DNA from: Mesotaenium endlicherianum
Taxonomy: Eukaryota
Assembly (NCBI GenBank): GCA_009602735.1
Contig: WELA01002985.1
Coordinates: forward strand, 6,128 to 70,127
Length of the DNA: 64,000 nt
Direction: 5' to 3'
Position numbers and translations under genes: made by a program. How positions within the stretch are numbered: the first letter of the stretch is position 1; every line of letters starts with the position of its first letter. Shown here piece after piece: positions 48,859-58,738 of the stretch. The notes beneath the pieces were generated by a model. It had not been told where the DNA came from, ran no database searches, and worked only from the letters and a program-made list of their open reading frames with translations.

Positions 48859-50048
48859 ATTAATAGCATACAAGGTACTTCTAGGCTAGTCTAGTGGTTA
48901 GCGTAGAAGTTGGGTCTCATCTAGATAGCGGCCCCTGCGGGTCGTACTACATGGTAATGCTACTTGCGTCTAAAAGTTGCTCTTGGCCATAGGGAGCATC
49001 GCTAGCTCTTGGCCATAGGGAGCATCGCTAGCATCGTCAGGGATGGCTATGGCTCGGGCAGCGGATGCCAGTGATTGCTGCAGGTGAAGCACGTATGGCT
49101 CTTTTCCTCGAGCAGATTTCCATCTGCCCATAATTTGGGCTACGGCATCTGGGACGTCCAAGTTGGCGGCTGCTGTGGCGGCTCCCTTTCGCAAGGAGTG
49201 CGTACCCATGTTCTGTGTAAGGCCTACCGATGCAAATAGTTCATTGCACCACTTATTCACAGTGGCGTGTGAGGCGGGCTGAAGAGAAGGTCTGCCAGAT
49301 GCCTATATATGCCGAATTAAAGGCCCATCAAGAGCATACTCTAGTAGCTCCGCCACTAACCTACACAACATTTTTATCGGGCACCACTTGGAGTTGCTTG
49401 CGTGAAGGGCACCCCATGCGCCCTCACCAATTTGGTTCGTCTTAGAGGACGGGAGGTGCAAGTAAATGGCTGTGATGTTTGGACCACCCGTGATGTCGAG
49501 ATCTTGAATTCTGGTTTTGGCCAGATCTGAGTATTGCAGACAAGAACTATACATGAGCATCATCACGGCCACCTTAATGAGTGATGCGGCGGTGGCACTT
49601 GGCCCTGCGTGCTTTTCAAAAATCGCAGTGAGGGTGCAGGGTGCGACCGGCATCATGGTGTGCTTGAGTCTGGGCAGCAACCTTTGCGCTGCTTTTCTAA
49701 GGGTATTGATTTTGTCGTGCGATGTGGAGCTAGGTAGCTCCGCTAATCGATGCACGCAAAAAATTGCAGCTGATGACAAATGGTATGTAGACCAGGTGAC
49801 ACGCTCCTGGATGAGATACAAGAAGTAAAGCCTGACCACTTCGACTGACGCCGGAAGATCTTGCAACTCATGCATTTTGCACCACCGTTGAAAACGCATC
49901 CAATAAGTGTTGTAGGTACGCAGACTGGTAGGCGCGATAGTGTGGAGCAACACGTCCACGCTCGTGGCTTCCAAGGCTCGTAAGGCCGAATTTTCAAAAA
50001 GTCGATATTCTGCTCAACACCTCATACACCCAGGCGTAAGACTAGCAC
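48859..50048 (-). mobile_element. DIRS-order retrotransposon, 3' half (end of MT domain plus tyrosine recombinase)
   Basis: On the minus strand it begins with the TSD copy GTGCT and continues the MT frame (MVL-VLRLGV*), followed by YR. Confidence 0.9.
48970..50025 (-). pseudogene. Tyrosine recombinase of the DIRS element (in-frame stops near 50014 and at 49303-05)
   Basis: TLRTYNTYWMRFQRWC-like N-terminal domain; CLQYSDL (catalytic R replaced by Q), SKTNQ, THSLRKGAATAA, GRW, PYV. ORFs 49303-49974 and 48970-49260 share one frame. Confidence 0.92.
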
Positions 50049-50549
50049 TGTAGTGAAACAGATAGATAAAGTCCTTAGTAAAACAGAATAGTTTATCTAT
50101 TCAAGACAAGGATCTTTGAACACAAATGGTAGCTTCTTGAAAGAGAAATGGCTTCTTGAAAGTTAATATATTCCTGGATTTTGGCAAGTACAAGAGTGAT
50201 TCTGGAATCTTTCTATGTTTTAGCTCTTGTTTATATACTTGCTAAATAAGTAATTTCTAGGAAGGTGTATGTTAATGTGTTGGCACCCAACACATCCCAA
50301 AACTTGCCACCTCTTTCTACAATAATGTACACATGTCCTTTTGACCTAAAAATGGCACATTTGACTTTTGCCACATGGAGTTCTTCTAGGTCTTTCCTCT
50401 AACTTCGAAAATGCCTTGGAAGGTTCAAAGGACATGAACCAAGTTACTAGAGTACCTATTCACACTTGACTCCACACAATACTACTCCAAATATATTTGA
50501 AAACATTAAAATATATGCAAACTAATATATAATAACTCAAATCACTACA
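50049..50549 (-). repeat. 3' LTR of element 3
   Basis: Inverted copy of 31303-31805, followed on the minus strand by GTGCT. Confidence 0.97.
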
Positions 50550-50586
50550 TCACCCCCCCGATAGAAAAAGCGACGTCTCGGCGCGT

Positions 50587-50712
50587 CAAGTCAGGTCTTA
50601 CACATGTGGAGCAAACTAGTCAACAGTTTCAAGTCAGATGCCACACATGTGAAGAGGACTAGTCAAAGGCGCCAAGTCAGGTGCTACACATGTAAGGTAG
50701 ACTAGGCAAGGT
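50587..50712. repeat. Degenerate 43-bp tandem repeat x3 in the 3' UTR of element 3
   Basis: CAAGTCAG.T...ACACATGT......ACTAG.CAA at 50587, 50630 and 50673. Confidence 0.85.
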
Positions 50713-51318
50713 CGTAGGTGGTGTGACCTTATTGGCTAGCCTACTCCTTAATGATAAAGAAAATTGTACAAGTTGGCCCAGAATCTGCCACGAACTCAAA
50801 AATTCATAGCGGCCACAGAACTGCTTTAAATCTGAAAATTCGAGTGCCAGACAGACCGCGTCGGAGAACTCTACCGGGTCACTAAATTTGAGAGCATTCT
50901 AATTTCTGGACTGTCGTTGAGAGCTGAGGGAGTAGGCACTCCTCCAAATCTGTGCAGAAACTTCTGAAAATCATAAGTCCTTCTATACTTCTCCAAATTC
51001 TGCAAACTAAGTTGCAAACTGGGCGCTGTAAGATGTTCTACCAGAGTCTTGAGTTTCAGAGCATTCCAAGTTCAGGGGAGGGCACAATGTCAGAAGGCAT
51101 ATTCTGCCCTAACAATGCCAGCAGCCTGACCCCCTTCTACTTAGAGCATCATATCTCTCTCACCAGTGCTCCAAATTGAGCAAACTTGGACTCTAAATGA
51201 CCGGCTACTCATGGACTACAGCCAGGTAAATTTTCAGAATTTATTGTGCAGAGACCTATTACCAGTAGCAGTTTTAGTTTTCTGTCCAGAAACTGCGAGA
51301 AGAGAAGAGTGTCTAATG

Positions 51319-54300
51319 TCAATTTTTCCTCTTTCTTGTTCTTGCAGGCTGCCTCCAAGGGGTCTTCTGCTGCTTCTTGATGGTGGCAGGCTGCCTCCCT
51401 GAAGTCTTCGGGCTTCTAGTAGAGAGACTTGGGGCTGGTCCAAGATGGGGGTTGGCGGCATGGAAGCGCTTCAACTTTCTCTGAACTTTGTCAAGGTAGT
51501 GCGCCGCCACCCAACTATTCTCCGAATCTGGATATCCTTTCCACTTGATCAAGTATTGCTGCTGTCTCCTGAAATTTCTCATAGCCACTATGTCTTCCAC
51601 TTCGTACTCCAAATGATCATCCACTATTGTTGGGGCTGGTGGGGTTGTCACACGTCCTGGGAACTTGTTGTCGGGTTGCACATATGGCTTGAAGAGGGAA
51701 GCGTGGAATACGGGGTCGATGTGCATAGTCTGGGGAAGTTCTAGCTTGAAAGCAACGGGGTTGACTTGCTGGATAATCTTGAAGGGTCCCAAATACTTGG
51801 GAGAGAACTTGCTGCCGGCAGGCCTGTTGTTCAGGGAAATGTTCTTGGATGATAGTAACACGTTGTCACCCACTCTGTACGTAATTTCTCTTCTGGATCT
51901 GTTCGCCACTCTTGCTTGAGCATCTTGCGCGTGTTGTAGAGCTTTCTTCGCTGCTGTAAGGGCTGCTTCTAATGTCTCCATAAAATCTGTGGCTGCAGGT
52001 ACTTCATCATGGCCAGCCGTGAAGCTCAGTGGCGTGGTCGGATGGAAGCCATAGTTGAGGAAGAATGGGGACTCTTGGGTAGAGGCCTGCGTAGTGTTGT
52101 TGTAGGCAAACTCGAGGGGGGTCAAGTACATGTCCCAGTCTTGCTCGAGGGTAGACACGTAGGCCTTTAGAGAGGTCTTTAGGGTACGATTCATACGCTC
52201 GGTTTGCCCATCTGATTGTGGGTGGTAGGCAGTAGACATATCCAGCGATGTACCCAAGTTCTTGAAGAGATTTTTCCAGAAATGGCTTGTGAATCTTGGA
52301 TCTCTATCTGACACAATTCTTGATGGTAGTCCATGGAGTCGGAAGATGTTGTCAAAGATGAGTCTTGCAAGTTGTGGTGCTGTAGCCTTAGTCGTCGTGG
52401 GAATAAAATGAGCCATCTTGGTAAGTCTGTCCACCACCGTGAGTATTGCATTATGGCCTCGAGGTGTCACGGGCAAGTCCACGATAAGGTCCATTGAGAT
52501 GTCCGTCCATTGTCTTTCGGGGATTGGTAGTGGTTGGAGGAGTCCTCCCGCCTTTTGCGATGATGGCTTGATTCTTTGGCATGTGTCACAGCTCCTGCAG
52601 TACTCCTTGACTTGCTTAGACATGCCTGGCCAACAATAAGTCCTAGCTAGAACGCCCGTGGTCCTTAGGATTCCAAAGTGTCCTCCAAGAGGGTTGTCGT
52701 GTGCTTCTCGTAGAAGCAAGAGCCGGAGGTCTATGTCATTAGGAACACATCTCTGGCCCGTATCTTGCCTCACCCAATAATTGCCGTCTTGCTTCTTCTT
52801 TGGGTCCAAGGCTGCTTCTCCGTCCTTGTAGTAAGGGTCTCTTTCATAGGCGGCTGAAAATCGAGCTTCCAGATCTGTCTTCAGGGATACCATCACGGCG
52901 TTTAATTGCAGTCTTGAGAGGGGGTCAGCCGGGTTTGTCTTGCCGGGCTGGTACTGAATCGTGATGTTGTATTGTTGCAAGTATCCGCTCCATCTTGCTT
53001 GTCTCCTTGAGAGATACGGCTGCGTTTGGAGGTGCTTTAACGCCTCGTGGTCCGTGGTGACCAGTACTTTGCGTCCTTCAACGTAGCAGCGCCAAACCTT
53101 CAAGGCATGTACAATCGCCAATGCCTCTCGCTCCGTGGTTGTATAATTTTGCTCGGCTGGATTTAGCTTCCTTGACTCGTAGGCGATGGGCTGCAGTCCC
53201 TTGCCTTGGTCTTGAAGCAGGATTGCTCCTATTGCATAGGAAGATGCATCGGTGATGACGTGGAAGGGCCAATCTGGGTTTGGACTTGGGAGTGTGAGCA
53301 CCGGGGATGTGGTCAATCTTCGCTTTAACTCTTGAAATGCCTCTTCCTCTTTCTCGGTCCATGTATATAGCCTGTCCTTCTTGAGTAGATCTGTCAGGGG
53401 GGCTGCTATGTGCGAGAAGCCTTGGATGAATTTTCTGTACCAATTGGCAAATCCCAAGAATGACTGGAGTTCTTTCTTGGTCGTGGGGGTTGGCCATTCC
53501 TCCACCACCGTGGTCTTCTTGGGGTCTATCTTGATGCCATCAGCAGTCACGTGGAGACCTAGGAACTCCACTTCTTGTTTGGCAAACTCGCATTTTGACT
53601 CCTTCGCAAACAGCTTGTTTTGCTTCAATACTTCAAGGACTTCTTTCAAGTGTCTCGCATGCTCTTCAAGGGTCTTGCTGTAGATAAGGATGTCATCGAT
53701 GAATACCACCACAAATCTGTCCAACATGGGCTGAAATATGGTGTTCATCATAGTCATGAAAGTTGCTGGCGCGTTGGTGAGTCCAAATGGCAGGACCATG
53801 AACTCAAAATGTCCATATCTTGTCCTGAATGCCGTCTTCTCTATGTCCGGTTCTGCGATGCGAATCTGGTGGTAGCCGCTCCGTAAGTCAATCTTCGTGA
53901 AGTACTTGGCTCCAACCAGCCGGTCCATGAGCTCATCCATGCGCGGCAGCGGGTATCGATTCTTGATGGTGATCTTGTTGAGGGCGCGATAGTCCACACA
54001 CATCCTCAAGGTACCATCTTTCTTCTTGACAAATAGCACCGGGGCTCCAAATGGCGACTTGCTAGGTCGAATGAAGCCATGCTCCAGTAGCTCCTTGATT
54101 TGCTTCTTGACTTCGTCTAGCTCCGTGTATGACATTTTGAACGTAGGCCGAGAGATGGGCTTGCTTCCGGGCTCCAACTCTATCTTGTGGTCTACGAATC
54201 TTTTGGGGGGTAGGCCCTTGGGCAATTCCGGGGAGAACACTTCTTTGTAGTCCTCTAAGACTTCTTGTATCTCCTTGGGAACGGGGCTGCCTTCTTGACT

Positions 54301-54927
54301 CTCGATGTCTTTCTTGATGTCTTTTGGCGTGATCAAGGCCAAAAGAAGCTCGTGTCCCTTCCTCACAAGTCTCTTGAGTTGGAGGGCGGACAATAGTATC
54401 TCGTGTGCCGGCTTCTGGATGTCTTGGGTCTGGATATTCTGGATTGCGCGCAAAATACAGATTCTTGAAGTGATGTCATTCTTGATCTTGATAGTACCGG
54501 TCCTCCAATCAACTTGGGGGTTGTGCTTGGTCAACCAAGGCGTCCCTAGGATGACGTCGTACTTGCCCAATTGCATGGGGGAGAACACTACTCTATCCTT
54601 GAAGGACTTGATAGAGAGTGCCAAGGGGTACGTCTTCTTGGAAGGGGTAGTATAGGAGAATCCATCGGGCATCATAATCTCCTCGTCGTGGTCAAGAGTT
54701 CGCATAGTAATACCGTGCTTGGTGGCAAAATCTGCAGCAATGAAGTTGCCTTGAGCTCCGCTATCCACCAAGATGTGGACCTTCTCTCCTCCAAGGTAAC
54801 CTCTCAAACTCATTGGGGCTGGAACGTCGTCTTCAACGGGGGTCTCCACCTCACTTGGCGTGTTGCCTTCTCGTGAAGTGGGTCTTGGGGTGGTAGGCTC
54901 CTGGCCTACCGGCGCTGTCCGTTTTTT
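51319..54927 (-). CDS. pol: Intact Pol of element 3 (protease, RT, RNase H, integrase, chromodomain), likely entered by -1 frameshift
   Basis: Uninterrupted 1221-codon [21 protein letters not shown] and [25 protein letters not shown] plus SDRDPRF and [17 protein letters not shown]...YLIKWKGY. Confidence 0.97.
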   Translation of the reverse strand, partial: KKRTAPVGQEPTTPRPTSREGNTPSEVETPVEDDVPAPMSLRGYLGGEKVHILVDSGAQGNFIAADFATKHGITMRTLDHDEEIMMPDGFSYTTPSKKTYPLALSIKSFKDRVVFSPMQLGKYDVILGTPWLTKHNPQVDWRTGTIKIKNDITSRICILRAIQNIQTQDIQKPAHEILLSALQLKRLVRKGHELLLALITPKDIKKDIESQEGSPVPKEIQEVLEDYKEVFSPELPKGLPPKRFVDHKIELEPGSKPISRPTFKMSYTELDEVKKQIKELLEHGFIRPSKSPFGAPVLFVKKKDGTLRMCVDYRALNKITIKNRYPLPRMDELMDRLVGAKYFTKIDLRSGYHQIRIAEPDIEKTAFRTRYGHFEFMVLPFGLTNAPATFMTMMNTIFQPMLDRFVVVFIDDILIYSKTLEEHARHLKEVLEVLKQNKLFAKESKCEFAKQEVEFLGLHVTADGIKIDPKKTTVVEEWPTPTTKKELQSFLGFANWYRKFIQGFSHIAAPLTDLLKKDRLYTWTEKEEEAFQELKRRLTTSPVLTLPSPNPDWPFHVITDASSYAIGAILLQDQGKGLQPIAYESRKLNPAEQNYTTTEREALAIVHALKVWRCYVEGRKVLVTTDHEALKHLQTQPYLSRRQARWSGYLQQYNITIQYQPGKTNPADPLSRLQLNAVMVSLKTDLEARFSAAYERDPYYKDGEAALDPKKKQDGNYWVRQDTGQRCVPNDIDLRLLLLREAHDNPLGGHFGILRTTGVLARTYCWPGMSKQVKEYCRSCDTCQRIKPSSQKAGGLLQPLPIPERQWTDISMDLIVDLPVTPRGHNAILTVVDRLTKMAHFIPTTTKATAPQLARLIFDNIFRLHGLPSRIVSDRDPRFTSHFWKNLFKNLGTSLDMSTAYHPQSDGQTERMNRTLKTSLKAYVSTLEQDWDMYLTPLEFAYNNTTQASTQESPFFLNYGFHPTTPLSFTAGHDEVPAATDFMETLEAALTAAKKALQHAQDAQARVANRSRREITYRVGDNVLLSSKNISLNNRPAGSKFSPKYLGPFKIIQQVNPVAFKLELPQTMHIDPVFHASLFKPYVQPDNKFPGRVTTPPAPTIVDDHLEYEVEDIVAMRNFRRQQQYLIKWKGYPDSENSWVAAHYLDKVQRKLKRFHAANPHLGPAPSLSTRSPKTSGRQPATIKKQQKTPWRQPARTRKRKN

Positions 54928-55794
54928 GACAACTTTTTGGGGCATGAAAGTGCACGATGGCCCTTTTCCTTGCAATAAAAGCATAGTCCAGCCGTCATGA
55001 GAGCTTCTTTTTCAGCCGGGGAGAGTCTTGCTTTCACTCCTTGCTGGTTTCTTGCATCATAAGTGTCATTGGAGGGTCTTCCACTCTTCCGGGCAGCCGC
55101 GGGGTCCCTTTTAATAACTCCGATTTCCATGGGTGTGGGTCCAGATTCGGATGTGGAAGGGGCTGCGTACACCCGCGTCGTCGGTACCCGTGAAGATGAA
55201 GGCACGGAGTGCTTGAAATCCAAGGTATCCACCTTTTGGGCCACTTCAATGATCTTTGAGAAGTCCGTCAAGTCGCGTAATTCCACTTCCTTTGCCACCT
55301 TGGGTTTGAGGCCAAAGATGTAGCGGTCAATCTTCTCCTCGAGAGACATGTTGGGGATCTCAAGAGTGAGGGCGTGAAATCTGGATGTATACTCTTGAAC
55401 GGACGTCGTTTGCTTGAGATGGTGGAGCTTTCCTCGGGCAATCTTCTCCGCATTGATGGGCATGAATTGCTTCTTGAGGGCCTCACGAAAATCTGCCCAT
55501 CTTGCATATGATGGTGGGGGCTCTTGGCCGAGCATGGGGTGCGCCATAGCTTGATATATAGCCGCTTGATAGTTACGCCACCATGATGTTGCTGCTCCTC
55601 TAAGTAAGGTAACGGCAAACGGAACGTAGACCTCCTCGGGTACTTCAAGGAACGCGAGGTACGTCTCCACTTGGTAGAGCCATAAATTCAGGTTGGCACC
55701 TTTCCCGGGGTTGAAAGTGTCAGGTTTGCCGGGCTTGATGAGTTTCCTTGCTCTCGTTGGCTCTTGTGGAGGCGCTTGAGCCGGGGCTGGATTT
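54906..55794 (-). pseudogene. gag: 5'-truncated duplicate of element 3 gag
   Basis: Near-identical to the C-terminal two thirds of the 31843-33123 protein; lacks the start, PBS and 5' LTR. Confidence 0.9.
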
Positions 55795-55838
55795 NCGTTG
55801 GCTCTTGTTCCTATTCATATAGGAAACGGGGGCATGGC

Positions 55839-56854
55839 ATGCAACAGTTCTCCTTCCTTAACACCGCCGGTTTATATAGTGTGTGCTTATTGTTGATCTG
55901 TAATTTTCTAATTCTCACATTTGTAGTGGGCTTTTCTTACTTGGAAGCTGTGTATGGCCTGCTCTGTATGTGTGTCTTTTGCAGTTTGCTTTTCTCAACA
56001 CCTAGGCTTATTAATTCTCTAGACTTCGCCCCAAAAGCGTTACCAAGTCGATTGATTGCATTCAGCACACATTTGCAAAAAGCGGCTCTTTATATGAAAA
56101 CGTCTCACGCAGGCATTGTTCTGTTTNTCATTGTTCTGTTTATTATTGGTATTTTGTGTTCAAATGCACATAAAATCCAGTTTACTCAAGTCATGCATCC
56201 TGGATCTGAAGTGCGTTTAGATACTCAAGTGTGCTCTGTTAGAAGTATTGATCATAATTATGGACCTACATTTCATTCTATTTGTGGAAACTTGGTCGTT
56301 TATCGACACCATGAACCACTTTCGGCTTTATGGGTCGACAAAATTTCTAGAGAAACCGCACGGGAGGAAAATGTAGATTTTCCGAAAATAGACATTTTCA
56401 GAAAGTCTACATTTTTGTCCCCCCCACCTCTGAATTTAGATTGTGGGAGGACCCTGCCCCCCTTCAAAGGGCAAAAAATGTCTATTTTGTTTTCGGGAGG
56501 ACAGGGGGGGACAAAAATCTGAATTTCGGGGAAAAAAGCAATTTGTTTGATTCCTTTCAGCCTGGACTAAAAGATTCTTTTCTGTGTATTCAAGACGCAT
56601 TTGGTATCTTTCCCAAAAAAAGATTTTTTATTTTTAACCAGGAGTTAAGTACAACCAAGGTAGCTATACATACAAATTTGTTTTCAGACATATATGCCTT
56701 AATTGGAACTGGAAGTGCTGAGACTGGATCGTATACCACCATTATGAAACTCCCTTTTATTGGTTGTATTTGGGTTGGATTTATACTTGCTGCCATTGGT
56801 GGCCTGTGGAGTTTAAGCTCTTTACTTTGTGACCGTAAATTAAATTGGTATTGA
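55839..56854 (+). pseudogene. ccmFC: Mitochondrial ccmF C-terminal part (ccmFC), frame-shifted within a repeat insertion; 5' boundary uncertain
   Basis: SHAGI...KIQFTQ...IDHNYGPTFHSICGNL in one frame and FPKKRFF...STTKVAIHTNLFSDIYALIGTG...TTIMKLPFI in another. Confidence 0.88.
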
Positions 56855-57096
56855 TATCTGGGCATCAGACCTCGGACTGAAAAACATTAGCCAAAATCCC
56901 CCAGACAAGGCGAAGAGGGCGACCAGAGGGGGGGAAAACAAAACAGACCCCCGCCCCCCATTTCCCATCCCCCCGCCCTATGCTCCTTCGGCCCCCCCCA
57001 CAATATAGATTAAGAGGTGCCCCCCGAAGGGGGGCAGGGCCGGAGGGCCCACATAGGGCGGGGAAATGACAAATCTTTAAATTATTACACTTATTT

Positions 57097-57447
57097 ATGA
57101 ACCACAAACATGCCATTGCACACATTCAGTCTACTTTAAGCAATACCATTATTACAATAACAGACTTAAGAGGGAATACAAAAACCTGGTCTTCTTCCGG
57201 GACTGTTGGATTTAAGGGATCAAGGCGTTCAACCAACTATGCAGCTCAAGCCACTGCTGAGAATGTGGCACGGGCTGCGATTCAATTAGGAATTAAATCA
57301 GTAGAAGTTAAAGTTCGAGGCTTAGGCTATGGTAAAGAGTCTTCGCTCCGCGGTTTGCAATTAGGGGGACTTGTAATTAGTAAAATTAGCGATTTGACTC
57401 CAATACCTCACAATGGATGTCGGGCACCTAAAAAACGTCGTGTTTAA
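57097..57447 (+). CDS. rps11: Mitochondrial ribosomal protein S11
   Basis: [16 protein letters not shown]...[21 protein letters not shown]...GLGYGKE...[18 protein letters not shown]. Confidence 0.97.
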   Translation: MNHKHAIAHIQSTLSNTIITITDLRGNTKTWSSSGTVGFKGSRRSTNYAAQATAENVARAAIQLGIKSVEVKVRGLGYGKESSLRGLQLGGLVISKISDLTPIPHNGCRAPKKRRV

Positions 57448-58738
57448 TTGTGGAGTGCTACAACTTCTTCCCCCACCCAGCCCCCCCCCTTCGGGATGTA
57501 CATTTTTCCCCACAAAATGTCTATTTCCCCCCCAGCAAAGATTTTGTTCTGGGCTTTGCCCTGCCCTCCGGGCTCCTTAGCCTTAGACTTTGCCCTGCCC
57601 TTTGGGCTCTAGGGCTCTAAATGGTGTCACGGAGGGGCTCGGGGGAGAGAAAAATGTACATTTTCTGGTCGGGAAAAATGTACATCCCGAAGGGGGGGGG
57701 GAAAACATAAGACCTAGGCATAGGAAAGCACAATTCCCCTGATGAACAAAATCTAGATTTGTTCGCGCCAAGCGCCGAAGGTAGACAATATTGTGGGGGG
57801 AGAACAAAATTGTGATCATAGGATGCCCTTAGCCTTTGGAGGGCATCCTATGATCACAATTTTGCCCCCCTGTCCCGAAGGGGGGAAACCATCTAGATTG
57901 TTTTTCTGCCCCGGGCTGCCCCCCGAAGGGGGGCACGTCGCCCCCTGCCCAAAGGGCAAAAATGTCTATCATCCCCCCCACCCCGACCTCTGAAATTCTC
58001 TTGTTGCAGCACTGAAAGACCATCTGGACAATGCCACATGACATCAATGCAAATGGCCCAAGCTGAAGATAGCCTCCTCTGCAGTCGCTCGATCAAACCA
58101 CGCTATAAAATGCACGTCAGATCCAAACAGTCGAGCCAGAAGCTGCAGTTTGCCCGACCTTGGCATGCATGAGGTCTTGATTAAGTGTGAAGCAAAATTA
58201 CTGCTCTAAACTTAGAGCACCTAGGGTTACAAACTCGTGCACGGGTGTTCTTGTTTTAGTCATGATATAGCATGACACAGCTGTATTTTAGTTGGCCAGC
58301 TTGGTCGAGCGGACTTTGCATGCTTACTTTTAGCCCCGACATTTTCCTCTTTAGCTTCTCAGCACATGATCAGAACTACTTTCTGTCCAGTCTTCAGGTG
58401 GCACATCCGAGCAATATCCAACTGAATGACTGAACCTCCGCCAGTAAATGTGACTAGCTAGCACGTTCCTGCAAATAGAAAGGCTGCTGCTTGCTCGGTG
58501 CTCATTGCATGCAGGAGTCGCAAGCGTGTTGTATTACTGGTGTCTGTTCCGGCATGCGGAGGTATGCAAAATAGAGGTTATTAAAGAGGAAATGCACCTC
58601 ATCTCAACATCTGTTGCCATGTAGCCGCTTCACATCATGCAGTGAGATAGGGTAGATAGGATAGGCCAGGCCAATCAAGGCGGCATATTACCAAGCACAA
58701 TAGGATCTTATAAGTGCTCTCTTCTTTTAAACCGTGCT

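Larger units (their letters stand above)
50049..55794 (-). mobile_element. Ty3/gypsy chromovirus (element 3), 3' part in inverted orientation: partial gag, intact pol, ~770-bp 3' UTR, PPT, 3' LTR
   Basis: LTR 50049-50549 matches 31303-31805; PPT GGGGGGGTGA; gag region ~99% identical to 32262-33376. Confidence 0.97.
55809..57998 (+). other. Mitochondrial-derived block 2 (probable NUMT)
   Basis: ccmFC and rps11 plus the same GC hairpin repeats as block 1. The right junction (~58000) into nuclear-type sequence has no N gap. Confidence 0.9.

Noticed and set aside
31303..50549. Inverted LTR pair read as TIRs of a giant DNA transposon or as two independent insertions
   Set aside because: The shared TSD, the PBS and PPT positions, and the restored DIRS frame show they are the two LTRs of one element.
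34158..57447. Bacterial contamination or plastid origin of the tRNA, rps and ccm genes
   Set aside because: The ccmB and ccmFC motifs and tRNA sequences are plant-mitochondrial type, and plastids use ccsA rather than ccm genes.
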